DNA of 64,000 bases, taken from NCBI GenBank assembly GCA_964016885.1, contig OZ024740.1, positions 305,040,001 to 305,104,000 on the forward strand, read 5' to 3'. The DNA comes from Eledone cirrhosa (Eukaryota). Of the stretch, positions 1 to 14,431 are shown piece by piece. How positions within the stretch are numbered: position 1 is the stretch's first letter; every line of letters begins with the position of its first letter. Under the pieces are notes generated by a model that worked only from the letters and a program-made list of their open reading frames with translations, did not search any database and was not told the DNA's origin. Position numbers and translations under genes: made by a program.

Positions 1-1362
<1,362 letters not shown>

Positions 1363-1499
1363 GTTGAATAAATGAACAGAGAACAAAAAACAGAGGGGCA
1401 GTACAAATGATATGGTTTTTAGTTTCATGCTTGAGAGTGGAGGGTGATACATATATATATGACCATCCCCAAATATAACAATATATATATAACGCCCAC

Positions 1500-1830
1500 A
1501 GGATACTAGCTCCGTTGGATGTGTAATAGTAATATATGTGAACGGCAAAGCATAAATGAACTAAGTGAGAAATTAGGAATAAGAGGGATCAGATGCTGTT
1601 TACTTGGGAGAAGACTACGTTGGTATGGTCACGTGATGCGCATGAAAGACGACAGCTGTATAAAAAAGTGCAGGGCGATCAAAATTGATGGAATCTATGG
1701 GGTAGGCAGACCCAGAAAAACCTGGGACGATTTGATAAATTCCGACCTTACACACACCTCTCCAAGACAATGTCACTGGACCGAGATCTTTGGCGCTACG
1801 CAGTAATACAGAAGACCGACCTTGCCTAAG
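1500..1830 (+). mobile_element. RTE-clade LINE, 3' fragment of ORF2
   Basis: Translation RRLRWYGHVMRMKDDSCIKKC...GRPRKTWDD is the typical RTE C-terminal motif. It is homologous to the larger copy at 25200-27110. Confidence 0.85.
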
Positions 1831-1934
1831 TACAAAGCGAAACCTACAGTCAGTAGGCACCGCTTAACCAAAAATACACCCCCACCCCACCCATCTACAC
1901 CACAACACCCAGTCCTAAATAAATGAGGTTATAT

Positions 1935-2167
1935 AGGTGTCACGACAAAAAAACACACAGTCCACGCTATAATGTGGCCGTGTAGGTAACATGGTAAAAA
2001 CCTCCCAGTCCACACTGTAAATCTGGTTGGTGTTAGGAAGGGCATCCAGCCGTAGAAAACCTGCCAGACAGTCCTATACGAGCAAGACAACCAATCTTGC
2101 CTCAAGTGGGACAATTCCCATCTAAACCCATGCTAGCGTGGAAGATAGACATTAAACGATATGATGA
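1935..2167 (+). mobile_element. RTE-tailed SINE-like fragment
   Basis: Motif 'ccacactgtaaa..ggttggtgttaggaagggcatccagc' and a 3' tail 'acccatgctagcgtggaagatagacattaaacgatatgatga' similar to the RTE 3' ends elsewhere in the window. Confidence 0.6.
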
Positions 2168-2600
2168 CACACATATATAGGTACTTATTTATACTATATT
2201 TGGAGATGGTCATATATATATATGTATATATAATATACAATATTAATATATGCATGTGTATAATTTTACCTTATCAATCCACAGATAGCTTTTGAGTACA
2301 AGGAATGAATTTTTTTTTACTTCTATATTCAAGTGGTTGTTTGATATATAGGTTTAGCCTTTTGTCAAGTTGTTGATAACGTATAGCATATCATTTTTTT
2401 TATTCAACCAATACCATCTGTCACTGATTTTGTCATTAATCACTGAACTAATATTTATATTTGCTTTGTCAGTTGTACAACACTACAGAAGTAGATGTGA
2501 AATGGTTAGTGGGTAAGAGATTTGGATACTTATTCATAAATTATGAGTTCAAATCTCTTGCAGGTGCTTTGTTATTATTATGGGCAGGACATTTTATTTG

Positions 2601-2812
2601 ATGTGACAAAAAGTGCCCAGTCCACACTGTAAAGCGGTCATGTTAGTGACACAACAAAAAGTACCCAACCATACTGTAAAGTAGTTATGTTAGTGGCATG
2701 ACGAAAAGTACCCAACTGTACTGTAAAGTGGTTATGTTAGTGACATGACAAAAAGTGCCCAGATCACACTGTAAAGTGGTCAGGTAGGTGCCACAACAAA
2801 AAGCACCCAGCG
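2601..2812 (+). repeat. About 4 tandem copies of a 44-50 bp unit derived from the same SINE body
   Basis: Repeated 'acaaaaagtgcccag...actgtaaagtggtcatgttagtg'. Confidence 0.7.
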
Positions 2813-3299
2813 ATGATGATGTTTGCCTCAGTTCCTTTGATTGTTCAAATTACATTAATACATTCCATGTTATGCTGTAATCACTGGCTCACAAATATTA
2901 TCATTTCTTCTATGTCTCTCTTCTATCACTACTACAACAGACTTATCAACTCTTATGAAATAACTGTATACCCTCTCCGTTCATGCCTACCCATCTCTGC
3001 TCCTGCAGTCATCTTTACTGATTCCAAACTGAACACATCATCCAGTCCTCCCATCCCAAAATTACATCCCTCACCTCATCTATACTTTTCTTGTAAATAT
3101 TGAGTCACAAATGTTTAAGCTGAATATCAACTGCATCAATCTCATCAGCTTAGTGTGGCTTGCAAAGGTCATGAACACTGACCCACCTTCTCTGACCAAG
3201 AGGAGATGATCGACTTTCGTCAAATCGGACCGAGGGAACAATGTTTCCGTTGGTCTTTCCAATTGCTAATACTATCTATCGGTCGCAACTCCAGGTAGA

Positions 3300-3410
3300 A
3301 GGAGCAACGTGAAATAAAGTGTCTTGCTCAAGGACATAACGCATCGCCTGGTCCAGGAATCGAACTCACAACCTTACGATTGCGAATCCAATTCTCTAAC
3401 CACTCCGCCA
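3300..3410 (-). mobile_element. tRNA-derived CORE-type SINE, 5' part
   Basis: Minus strand reads B-box 'gagttcgattcc' followed by 'gtccttgagcaagacactttatttcacgttgctcc', resembling the CORE domain (gtgaccttgggcaagtcact). Confidence 0.75.
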
Positions 3411-3519
3411 CACCAAGTAGTTTTAAAATAATCATCTAAAAACATTGCAAGCAATGGATTAATGTCCTACCCAGGGTTGATACATCTCTCATCTGTTTAA
3501 CACCATTGTAATAGTAACA

Positions 3520-3850
3520 GTAGTAGCGGCACTCTGTCAGTTACAACAGCAAGTGTTCCAATTGGTATGATCAATGGAACAACCTACTCATGAAATTAAC
3601 CTGCAAGTGGCTGAGCATTCTGTAAACACACGTACCCATAACATAGTTCTCAGGGAGATTCAGTGTGGCACAGAATGTGACATGGCTGACCCTTCAAATC
3701 ATGGGTAGAACTCATTTTTGCCAGCTGAGTGGACTGGAGCAACAAGAAATATAGTGTCTTGCTCAAGGACACAGTACGTCGCCAGGAATCGAACTCATGA
3801 CGTTATGATCTTGAGCCGAATACCCTAACCATAAAGTCACGCACCATCAC
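3520..3850 (-). mobile_element. CORE-type SINE, near full length
   Basis: Same tRNA head and CORE-like motif ('ttgctccagtccactcagctgg'), with a (TAC)n-like tail near 3510-3525. Confidence 0.75.
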
Positions 3851-4519
3851 TTAACACCATCAAACCAGAGGCATAAAATTACATACTGCCTGGTCAGCAG
3901 TTGACTTTAGACCAAACTATTTTCCAGCTCTAAAACCCCAGCTTTATGATGCAGTCTCTGTTGTGCAGTATAAGTAGGGGTCACCAAAAATGATTATTAT
4001 TGCTAATAAGGCTTGATAGTGGGAAGCTATGTAAAATAGGAGTACAGACATTTGAGTAAATTAGGTATAGGATAACCAGCTGAAAGATTGGCATTCTACT
4101 AGTGTTGCATATGTCAATGGTAAAGCTATTTAATTAACTTATTTCACCTAACTTGAAACAAGTACCATGGATTGTAATAGCTCACTGACAGAAACAGCAC
4201 CAATATGGTGGAATTGACAAATGCTGAGTCCAATTCCTGTCACAAAAAATGTAAAGAGATATATGTCTCTCAAACATTTATTGGGTTCTTGTTATTTAGA
4301 GAAGGATTAGCTTAATTTCACAGGCATGTTTCTGTGAAGTGTGAAGTTTCCTATTTCTTAGGGTTGGATGTTTTTATGAAGACACAGCTTATAGAAAATG
4401 TGAATGTGTACTAAGATATGATGAGGTTAGGCAGAGATAAAGAACATATGACAACGAAGGTAGCAGGGTGGAGTATATCATTTGTATTTATGAACAAAAG
4501 GTTAGCTGCATGATGTCAA

Positions 4520-4945
4520 TGTGCAAAGTGCCATGCTGCATGGTAGTGAGACATCAGCAGTGAATGCAGAGGACATGAAAAGGCTGGAGAGAAATGATGG
4601 AAGCATGTTTCAATAGATGTGCAATGTTAATGAGTGAGAATGACAAAGCATGTATGAACTGAGGGAGAAACTGGGTATAAGAGGAATCAGAAGTAGTGTA
4701 CAATAGAGGAGACTGCGTTGGTATGCGCATGGATGATGATCGCTGGGTGAAGAAGTGACAGTGGAGGGAGGCCTCAGTAAAAGAAGACCAAAGATGACCT
4801 GGATGGAAGTGATGAGAGTTGATCTCAGATCACTAAAGCTCACGGAGGAGATGACAAAGGAATGTGTCAAGTGGAGATGAACCATACTGAGAAGGACCCA
4901 TCCAACCAACGCAAGTGTGGAACATTGGAGATAGAATGATGATGC
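4520..4945 (+). mobile_element. RTE LINE 3' fragment, degenerate
   Basis: Encodes SAMLHGSET...EDMKRLERND and RRLRWYAH, matching the RTE copy at 25527-25850. Ends in a gatgatg tail. Confidence 0.85.
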
Positions 4946-5506
4946 TGAGAAGGACATGTAGTTATTGGTTAGAGTGAACAAAGCCATTGTCCTTATTGTC
5001 TAATCCTAGGTCAATACTGATAAAGAAGACAGACCTATAGTCAAAAGGATCCCATAGGATTCAAATAGGCTTCGTTGAGTGGGTAGCAGTAAAAGAACAC
5101 CTAGCTATACAGACAATTGCAGCAACAAAAATCATCCCACCTTTGAAATCATGGCAAAATTTATGTAATATAGCACCACTAGCCATAAAAAACAGTATCC
5201 TCTCTCTCCTTCCTCCACATAATTGACTAATGTCTCTCCTCATTTATTCTGGTATAGTATAAATAGAAAATATAAAGTAATTATCCTTGAGAGAATGTTT
5301 CCTCAGTCCTATTGTTGATTAACTAATTATCAATAGACAAATAATTCAAGTAATAATATGTGAATAACATGTTGAAATGTCACTGAAGTTTTAAAAAACT
5401 GGACTAAGAAAACAACTGGCTTTTATAACAATCAATTGTTAGAAACACAGAATACTGAGGCATGGTAACCAAGCCAGCTGTCCTTTGCAAAGCACTTTAT
5501 TCATAA

Positions 5507-6284
5507 CTAGCCAAATTACCCGCGCGTTGCTGCGTTTAACACATTTTTTTTTGTAAACTCTGCATTTCAATATTACTCAATGTAAAATGTAATGCATGAA
5601 AAATTGGAAAACATTATTTTTTGTAATATATCAAATCAAAATTACATTATTAAATCTTATTCTTATTTTGTTTCTTGTAAATAATTTTTTTTAAAATATC
5701 AATTCAAAACTTGATCATTTCATTTTTGTGTAAAGCATTATTTTGAAATTAGAAATTCAAAGTTCCAATACTCAAGTTATGGGCTTCCAAAATTTTCACT
5801 AAAGGGGGTTTAATATTTCAATCATATTAAGACAACATTAGGGCGTCTTAATATTATTGAAATTTGCAGAAATTCTGTGAATAGGCATCATATCTTATCA
5901 TTTACCTCTGGTTTAAATTTCATATAAATCGAAGGGAAAACATTTTCAGTGAGGGTTTGTGCCTCCAGGGAACCCTAATAGGGGGTTTAACCTCCATTAG
6001 GGAGTCTTAATATTATTGAAATTTGCTGAAATTTTGTGAATAGGCATCATATCTTGTCATTTACCTATGGTTTAAATTTCATATAAATCGAAGGGAAAAA
6101 TATTTCAGTAGGGGTTTGTGCCCCCGGAGAAACCTTTTGATTAAAATGAAATATACTTATCCAAGTACCCTGGGCAATGTAGTTTCAGAATATATATGGT
6201 TATGGAGGTCTATCTCCAAAACCATAGGAGGAGTTTGTGAACAAGCAAACAAACAGACAGGAACTACAACTTTATATATATAGA
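5507..6284 (-). mobile_element. Non-autonomous Helitron with both termini
   Basis: Minus strand starts A|TCTATATATATAAAG followed by a (TGTT/CTGT) microsatellite. It ends with a GC-rich subterminal sequence 'cgcagcaacgcgcggg' and CTAG|T. Insertion is at A^T. Internal tandem duplication of about 160 bp (5837-6135). Confidence 0.8.
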
Positions 6285-7113
6285 TTTATCCATTAATCTC
6301 TACACATTTCCATATTACACACTCTCACGCATCCCTTTATTTTTATATTTCCATAGTACACACTCTTCTATGTCCCTCTATTTTTACATTTTCATTCTTT
6401 ATAATCCATCCTCTTCTTAACACAACGTAACTGCCATTTTCATTCTTTATAATCCATCCTCTTCTTAACACAACGTAACCAAGACATTAGAGCTCATAAG
6501 TGAGCTTCCCAGAAATTACACCCTACTATCTTTAAAAAAAGCAATGATGCATTGAACATAAGTTTGCTCAATCAAAGTCAACCTCGTGTTAAATAACGAC
6601 AACGATGGTGGCGACAATGACTATTATCATAAGCCAATACTGAACCCTTTTATGCAATAACTGCAAGAAATATCAGCTAATTTTCCTCCAAATTACGCCT
6701 TACCATCATACACCTTTGACTTTTTTTTCTACCACATTATAACTAGGACTATATTTACTTTTTAAAGATGTTAAGATATTAGGGTGTGATTTGGAGGAAA
6801 ATTTAAACCAAGGATATTGCTATACTCCTTTTAGCAAGGATGTTTTCACCACTAGCACCAGCACCACCACAATCATCACTTTTAAAGTCTATTTCCCATG
6901 CTTGCATGCATTAGACAGGTTTTCATATACTGAGGCTTGACAGATCAGGTGATGTCTAGTTTACACAGTCCCTTTTTAGCTTGGTTTCTATGGCTCTTCC
7001 TATACTGGAAGCATTATACAGAGTCAACTGGATGTTTGTTGTTATGATACCAGCACTTCCCGCTTGCAGGATAGGCTGAGTATTCTCACTCCCTTTCTAA
7101 CAGAGATATTCCA

Positions 7114-7351
7114 GTTCCCCTTTTAATGACCATATTTCTAATGAAATACAGTCTCTTTTAATTAATTAATGAAGAATTTTGAGGGATTTACTAAAATTAA
7201 TTATTTCATTACTAAGATAGTAACTTAATGTAAGGTTCTTATATAAAATTATGTTGGAAGATTTTAATTTAAATTGAAAACCTTTAAAATGGGTGGTTTT
7301 ATTTCATAGAACCAGGGCTGGTTTTGGCCAGGTTGGTAACTAAAGGGTTAA
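7114..7351. mobile_element. piggyBac-like MITE, degenerate
   Basis: Right end 'gttggtaactaaagggTTAA'. Left end 'cccttttaatgaccatatttct' is similar to 'TTAAccctcttgctaccatatttct' at 63717. Confidence 0.5.
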
Positions 7352-8066
7352 CAGGTAGATTCTCACTACAATTTCTATGGATATTTTCACTTTCTTTCTA
7401 ACAAGAAATCCTTATCCTCATAATTTAATGTTCTATGCTAGCAAGGGTTCACTATTTTTGCTGTATTAGGGTGGCTTTTCTTTCTCGCATACTTCTCTCT
7501 GTCATCACTTTAGTATTTTTAGTTATTTTCATTAATTAATTAACAGAATTCTTCATACATATATTTCCTGGTAAAAACCCTATAAAACATCCTTGCAATA
7601 TTCAAACATATTGTATTGGAATTTTCTCTTCCCCAACAGGGCCTGATTTAAGGGGGGGGGGGGGGGGGCAATTGCCCCAAGACCCCACCCCTGCAGAGGG
7701 GGCTCCACTAGCAATTTATTTGTGCCCTCTGTTGGGCTTTTTAGTTTTAGGATGGTCAGATTTTTTTAATTTAATACCTGTATGTATAACTTTTTAATTT
7801 CGATTACTTGTGCCAAGCTGACCTTGGGGGTTTGTTGTGTATTCTATTTTTCACAATACTGAAATTAAGTTTTATTTTGACATAACCTTTTGTTTATTTA
7901 ACTTCTGTCTAAATATAATTTATATGCTATATACATTTCACTTTATTAACTCTTTCATTATCATATTTCTAATGAAAAACATTGCCTGTCATTTTCAAAT
8001 CATTTTGAAAATAATGAAGAATTTAGAGAGATTTAGTAATATAACTTTCTCATTATTATAATTTTA

Positions 8067-8257
8067 TGGTGCATTGGCAGCATCGGTAGAGGGATGGACA
8101 CCATGCTTTGCAGCAAAGAGTTACGGCCTTTTATGGTCTGAGTTCAAATCCCGTCGAGGTTAACTTTGCCTTTCATCCTTACGGGGTCGATAAAATAAAG
8201 TACCAGTAATACACTGGGATAATTGCTGGCCTTGTGCCAAAAGTAGAAACAATTATA
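8067..8257 (+). mobile_element. tRNA-derived SINE family A (Meta/MESC-like central domain)
   Basis: Head 'ggtgcattggcagcatcggtaga', B-box 'gagttcaaatcc', conserved 'gcctttcatccttacggggtcgataaaataaagtaccag'. The superfamily name is recalled from memory and not verified. Confidence 0.8.
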
Positions 8258-8769
8258 ATTTTGTTTGGAACAAAAGGTTCTGTCATACACACTTCAATAC
8301 TTCAAACCATAGAAAAAATTCATAATGTAAAAAACTACATTCTGAACTTTGTTATGTCTACAGATCAGCTAGCTTTTCAATGTGTCAGTCAGTTTTCTGC
8401 AAAATGTCTTTTAAGTTTCTTCTGTTCAGTATTTAGCATAAAATACCTAAAAATTGATTTGTAAATCTTAAAAATTAAATGTTTATAATATATGTTTATA
8501 AATGTTTAAAGCATCGTTTTGAAAATTTGCAGTATTAGAATAAAAATTTTGATTTTTAATGTAATGCAGTTATAGTGCTGTTTTATACTTTTCAAGACTA
8601 CTTTGCTAATGAGTTTCATGCGGTACAGAATTTTAAGAATTAAATGAAACATAGTGGCAATTGTATCAAGTTCCTTACATTATTGAGTGACAGAACAACA
8701 CTAAATCTGACTAGTGAAAACTATTTCCCACAGAAAATGTTGAACTCAGAATTCAAAGCAACAAAACAC

Positions 8770-8975
8770 GTGGCTTCATGCTAAGGGTGTTGGCCTTATG
8801 ATCATAATGTCTGGGCTGGGTTATGCGTTGTGTTCTAGAGAAAAATACTTCATTTCATGTTGCTCCAGTATACTCAGCTGAAAATGAGTACCAGCAATAG
8901 CTGGGGGTTTGACCCTGTGATGGACTGGCATCATGTCCTGGGGAGTCTTGTACTCTCAGTCGTTTCAGGCCACAA
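8770..8975 (+). mobile_element. CORE-type SINE, degenerate
   Basis: 'cttcatttcatgttgctccagtatactcagctgaaaatgagtaccagc...gatggactggc' is homologous to 20350-20610 in the opposite orientation. Confidence 0.65.
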
Positions 8976-9049
8976 AACTTTTGTGTTTTAATTATCAAAA
9001 TAATCAACAATTATGAGAGGTTTAGTGAAATAACTTTCAACTTAATAAT

Positions 9050-9220
9050 AATTTCTAGTATAGGCACAAGGCCAGTAATTTGAGGGGAGGGGAAATTCGA
9101 TTACCAGTACGTTACTGGTGCTTTATTTTATCGACCCTGTAAGGATGAAAGGCAAAGTTAACCTCAGCAGGATTTGAACTCAGAATGTTAAGGGCCGTAA
9201 CTATATACTGCAAAGCATAA
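9050..9220 (-). mobile_element. SINE family A
   Basis: Reverse complement of the family A core: 'tttatcgaccctgtaaggatgaaaggcaaagttaacctc'. Confidence 0.8.
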
Positions 9221-9652
9221 TATTATCTAATTATAAAAGATAAATATTTAACTACTGAAATCTAATATTATCTGCCATGCAATAATGAAATTTCAGTACA
9301 AAGTTTAAATTTAAATTTGAACCCTTTAATAAAAGCAGTCTGGGGGCAGGTTGGTAATTAAGAAGTACATCAGGATGTTACTTTGCCGTTAGTTTCATAA
9401 CCCATTAAGTTTGACTAAATATTACATAAATGAATAAACATTGTTATCCTGATTGATACAAAGCAAGAGTATATTTGAATTCACGAAAAAATGAGAAAGC
9501 CCATCGCTAAAACAATTGTTAAAAAAACAGCCAGATGCTGTCAATGACAGCAATGGGCAAAAATGCCTGAGGACAGAGACTAGGAGTCAGTGGTCGGCAG
9601 AGAGACAATCCAAGAGGTGGCCAACAGGCAGATGAAATATAGAAAATGTGGG

Positions 9653-10263
9653 TATGGTGTGGTGTGCGATGGCCGGAAGCTGGGGAGTGCTCGACCGGAA
9701 GGGCCAGCAGATGGGTCTCTCTCTCTAGTGGTGACCAGGAACGGTGTGGACGCGAGTTTGGCAGCTCTCGGGTGTTAATGAGTTGGATGCACGTGGAAGA
9801 GGAGAAACCAGCCATGGGATTTAGAGGCGCCAGAACAATGTGTCCGTGGACGGAGTACCACGTCATGTCCTGGATGTCCGTAGAATCACTGTGTCAACGG
9901 ACTCCGAGGAAGAGGAAACTCAAAGTGCCGCCCCAACACTACAGAGATCGCAAAGAAGTCGCAAACTACCAACCTGGACTGCAGACTTTCATCTGCAGAA
10001 GGACGAGGGGGAAAATTGATCCTTGAGATCAGGGGAGGGGGGGGGGTATGGTGTGGTGTGCGGTGGCCGGAAGCTGGGGAGTGCTCAACCAGAAGAGTGC
10101 TTGGCCGGAAGGGTGCTCGACCGGAAGGGCCAGCAGATGGGTCTCTCTCTAGTGGTGACTAGGAACGGTGTGGACGCGAGTTTGGCAGCTCCTGTGTGTT
10201 AATGAGTTGGACGCACGTGGAAGAGGAGAAACCAGCCATGGGATTTAGCGGCGCCTATGAACA
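9653..10263 (+). mobile_element. Internally deleted Ty3/Gypsy LTR retrotransposon (LTR - integrase C-terminus - PPT - LTR)
   Basis: Direct repeats 9653-9837 and 10047-10263 both end in 'gaaca'. A polypurine tract at 10031-10046 abuts the second repeat. The internal frame NNVSVDGVPRHVLDVRR...LQRSQRSRKLPTWTADF..* (stop at 10017-10019) resembles Gypsy pol C-termini. Confidence 0.8.
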
Positions 10264-10739
10264 GCGGTAAGTGAGATAGCTTTTTCTAACCACAGAAAAG
10301 ATTGAGAGAGGATGACAAGAAGTGCGCCATTACAAAGAAGTAAATATTTTGGTTTCATATTACACATCAAACTGAAGGAAGCCATGCTTCTCCAAGCATC
10401 ACTCATGGTAATATATGAACTCAACACACCAAGCTAATGAAAGACTTATTAACTATTCAGTGTTCCTACACCATACAGAAGTGAACTACAAACACTCGTT
10501 TACACTGCCATGAAATAATGAAATGTATTGCTATTTTTTATCTCTTGGTAATATGATTATGTGAAACTGAATAGTTGTGATGTTAATTTTAAAACTATTG
10601 ACATGGTTATAGTAATTTTGGCAGCCAAAAAAAAAAAAACCAGCCGTTATATCTATAATTCATAATTTCAGCAATGATTTTGTTTTCCACAAAACAAGGT
10701 ACATAACTCTTTTTAGCTCCGTAACAGAGTTCAATCAGT

Positions 10740-10937
10740 ATACATAGTTGAAGGAAGTCAGAGGGTCTCCAGTCATAAAAGACATCGCTAGCAAGGAACA
10801 ATATGTCATAATTGAAGGAAGTAGGCGGTAACTAGTTATAAAAGACATTGCTAGCAAGGAACAATATATGTTATAGTTGAAAGAAGTAGGGGGTAACCAG
10901 TTATGAAAGATATCGCTAACAAGGAACAATATATGTC
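10740..10937. repeat. Three tandem copies of an approximately 63-bp unit
   Basis: 'tagttgaaggaagt...taaaagacatcgctagcaaggaacaatat' occurs three times. Confidence 0.8.
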
Positions 10938-10967
10938 AAACAAAATAACCACAATAATACACAATTC

Positions 10968-11206
10968 TTATATTTCCATTGTTTTGCCTTGTCTTTTACT
11001 CCATGGACAGCACTTTGGCTTGTCAGACGCTGTTACCACAGGTGGACCAGCAGCACTGTTGGTAGGGGTCGAAACTGCCAGATGTCTATCTCGGCTGCTG
11101 AACATCTTGGAGTTCTGTGTCTTTCGTTTGTCTTTTTGTTTAAAAAATTTTTTTAAGAGTTTCCCCTTTAAAGGATTTTTTTTTTGTCCTCTCTTTGTTA
11201 ATTTTC
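10968..11206 (-). CDS. Candidate terminal coding exon of an unidentified minus-strand gene (Lys-rich C-terminus)
   Basis: Non-repetitive open frame KLTKRGQKKNPLKGKLLKKFFKQKDKRK...DKPKCCPWSKRQGKTMEI* after a possible acceptor 'attag'. GC is locally higher. No homolog recognised and the polypyrimidine tract is weak. Confidence 0.35.
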
Positions 11207-11879
11207 CTAATCTTACATATATTTGCAATACCCATCAATACATTTTGATTTCAATATTGTATTCATGGATCTGGTACTCTACACACATTTAGGACTAAAG
11301 TACCTGATAATGGTCAAAGATTGAACTGATAAAAATGTAATGTATGTATAAATATTGCAAATATTAAGATGAAGTTAATAGACCAGAAAATTATAATTCA
11401 TCAGACATTTAATTCTAGATACAAAACAAAATAGTGTGCATATTTAGCACTTCAAAATATTGATACGGCATGTCATATTTTTTTCAACAAGCAAATATCT
11501 TTGTTTTTGTCTACTACAAGTTCAACTTCTGTAAAACTTTCTGAAGTCAATAATTCGCAGTTATAAAAGTATGGTGAATTGAACTGAAATGTGGTCTTGT
11601 GATAGGGAAATGAAATCAATATTTTCTAATATGATGACTATAGCTATTTCCCTTTATAGTCTCCTACCACATAGAATCTTAGATTTGATTATCTGTTTTG
11701 GGCTATCAATTCACATAATAAAAATATGGAGTCTTTATTAAATTGTTTCTTTCATCAATTATAAACATCATATAAAATTTATACATTTAAAAATAACTGA
11801 TAACTGAAACAAGTGTTGAAGATGACAAAATATTAGTTCATGGGCTGCGATCAAAAAGAAATTCATATCCCTAGTGGCT

Positions 11880-12050
11880 TTTAGTCTTCTTTTTCGCTCC
11901 TTCCAGTGGGTCCTGTCAGAAGCAACCCTCTCCAACTAATCCAGCTGGATCCCCAAGTATCACCAGCTGAGCTCATGGATGTTATCCAACCATCTTGCAC
12001 GGGGTCTACCTCTGGGTCTCCTGCTGGTTGGTTTTGCCTGTAAAATCTGT
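11880..12050 (-). mobile_element. 3' fragment of a second RTE subfamily
   Basis: Minus frame KPTSRRPRGRPRARWLDNIHELSW. Homologous to 63442-63620. Confidence 0.7.
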
Positions 12051-12349
12051 CCAGCAATTCTTTCATGAGACATTCTAACCCCATGCCCACTAATATTTTT
12101 ACTTCTGATAATATGAAGATGATCTATTATGAGTATTCCGTATATGACCTTAATATATGAAATATTTAATTCATGTTTGTTTTTATATCTGTGTTTAAAA
12201 ATAAAAACAATCTATATTTAAGGGAAAAAAAAACAAAAAAAACACACACACACACTAAATAACACATCACAACAGGTGCTGGAGTTTTCTTCTAATAAAT
12301 TTTGAGGCAAGCCAACATACTTGCAGCATAATCAGGAGTCTTGGCGCGA

Positions 12350-12730
12350 CCAGCTTCCCATCCTAACAGGAACCAGCTGGCCTCCATCGTGGTGATAAGA
12401 GCTCAGACAGGATAATTCTGTTTCCATTTGAGGGAGATAAATCACTAAACTGGGATGCCACCTGCTGCAATTTGTTCTCCACCTCCAACCTTGTCAGTTC
12501 GGTTGCAAAACCAGGCTTGAGTAATTGCTTCCTTTTCGCGTTGGTTACTGTCGATACCTCAGTTGTCCTCGATCCCCAAACTGCTATTTTCCTCCACAAA
12601 ATTGGGAAGACTGCAGCCTGCCTGAGGAAGGAGCCCTGTAAGATAAGGTGGCTGTTGCAGCAGGTGTCATTGGCCATTCTCTGTGGCAATGACTTGGCCA
12701 TTTTGTCCGTGGGATGCTTGAACTGGGGTG
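12350..12730 (+). mobile_element. CRE-clade non-LTR retrotransposon 3' fragment (restriction-like endonuclease region)
   Basis: EPAGLHRGD...LFPFEGDKSLNWDATCC...VTVDTSVV...WLLQQVSLAILCGN matches the CRE REL pattern (WD.TC, ET.G, QR.S.A.QRGN). Confidence 0.75.
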
Positions 12731-13299
12731 TAGAGTCTGTTATTCCCCTTTTTCCTTTCTTTCGTTGCTTAATTTCTTTTTCCTTTTTTATCTTTTACGT
12801 TTCTTTATTGCCATTTATATGGTACAGTTTATATGAATAAAAAAATTGTGCTTGAGCATTGCTGCAAGTGATGGCTAAGATGCTGGAACAACGAAACACA
12901 CACGCGAGCATCACCTGATACGTAGGTAAGACGAGCTACCAACAATGACAAAGACGTCTTTATCAGCGGCCCAGTTCACTCAAACACAACAGGCCGAAAA
13001 AATAGTTTGTCGATAATGACAACAACTGAGATGGTTCCATTTCTTGTTAGAAGCTTTATTCACATCAATAACATGCCGAAGCTTCTATAATAATTCCATT
13101 CGGGTCGAGAATGTTTTAAAGAACATGAAAGTTTTGCCAGTAGATATTTTATCGCCCCCCAGAATAATGAAAAGGAAAGTGAACTTCACCGAAATTTAAA
13201 CTCAAAACGTAAAGTGTTGTAACTAACAACCACTTTACAAGTTATTTAATTCAGTATTTACCCGCAATGTAGACCACCAGGCGCAAGCCACCTCGTGGT

Positions 13300-13690
13300 T
13301 CTAGCGAATAAAATAGAGAAAGCGTTAACCCTGAAGTTAGAGAAGGAATGCGTTGAAACAGCCATTTCCAACTTGCAGCGGCGCTCACTGCTGCGGGTGG
13401 CCAACTCCGCCCCGATAGGATTGAGTTGGGAGATGGTCAGGGAACCAAGAATGGCAGAAGTCTCCACCGCTATAGATACAACGGAAAGCGGCTAATCTCC
13501 AACAGCTTGCGATTTTCAGTTTGTTTCGCAACGAAACCTGGTTCAGTCGTCGAATGCACCGGGTTGCCACCGGAGAAAGTGTCGCTGCATGTCACATTAC
13601 AGATGAGGGGCTTACCACCACGGAACGGGAGGACTAATGATATTTGGCCTTTCGCCATCCCCTCGGTCTAATCTCATCCGCTTTAGTTGC
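13300..13690 (-). mobile_element. CRE-clade REL fragment
   Basis: LPFRGGKPLICNVTCSDTFS...TENRKL and ETSAILG, frameshifted. Confidence 0.7.
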
Positions 13691-14431
13691 ATTCAAGACA
13701 TGCTTAATAATCTTGTCCGATGCTACGATTCTGCAAATTAATAAGTAGACAACTCCAATTCCATTCCCTTATAAATAAAACCTCCCGCCTAAGTTAAACG
13801 AACCTAATATATCTAATGAAGATACAAATTATATTTTTTCTAACCTTTCTTTTTTTCCCGTAAAGAGATTTGGTGTCAGTTTTTCAGATAAAGACGTTTT
13901 GCAATTTCCAAAGACAACATTCAAGACTAATCGGATGGGTCGTTGCAAGACAAAGTGGAAACGTTTTGTTTTAAATAGAATGAAGTGACTCACTTATAGG
14001 TCATTAAATAGTATAAAATTCCAGTTCGAAACACTGACTCATACCATTTTGATACAGTATTATATCTCGGTCTAGTTCAAATTACAAATATTCTAAATTG
14101 TGATATAAAGAAAATATTTAAACTCACATCTTTCACACTCTTCCTCAATCTTGCCCTCTCTCACCCCCTCTTTCGGAATTGTCTTTCTTTCTGTTGTGAT
14201 TTCAATATTTCTCCTCACATTCCTTTGTTTCCTCAACAGACATTCTTCCCCCTCCTTCCTCTCTCTTCCTGCTACCAGAGATTGTAAAACAAGAGTTACG
14301 TACCTTTACAGTTGAAATATAAACAAACTCCATTAAAACCAGTTTATAAACGACACACCATTTGTACGGACAGTCAGTACAACTGGGCTGTTGCGTTGCC
14401 AGTACGATAACAACGGACACATTTCTGCTGT

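Noticed and set aside
9646-10026. 126-aa ORF as a host gene
   Set aside because: It runs through an LTR. The meaningful frame is a different one encoding a Gypsy integrase tail.
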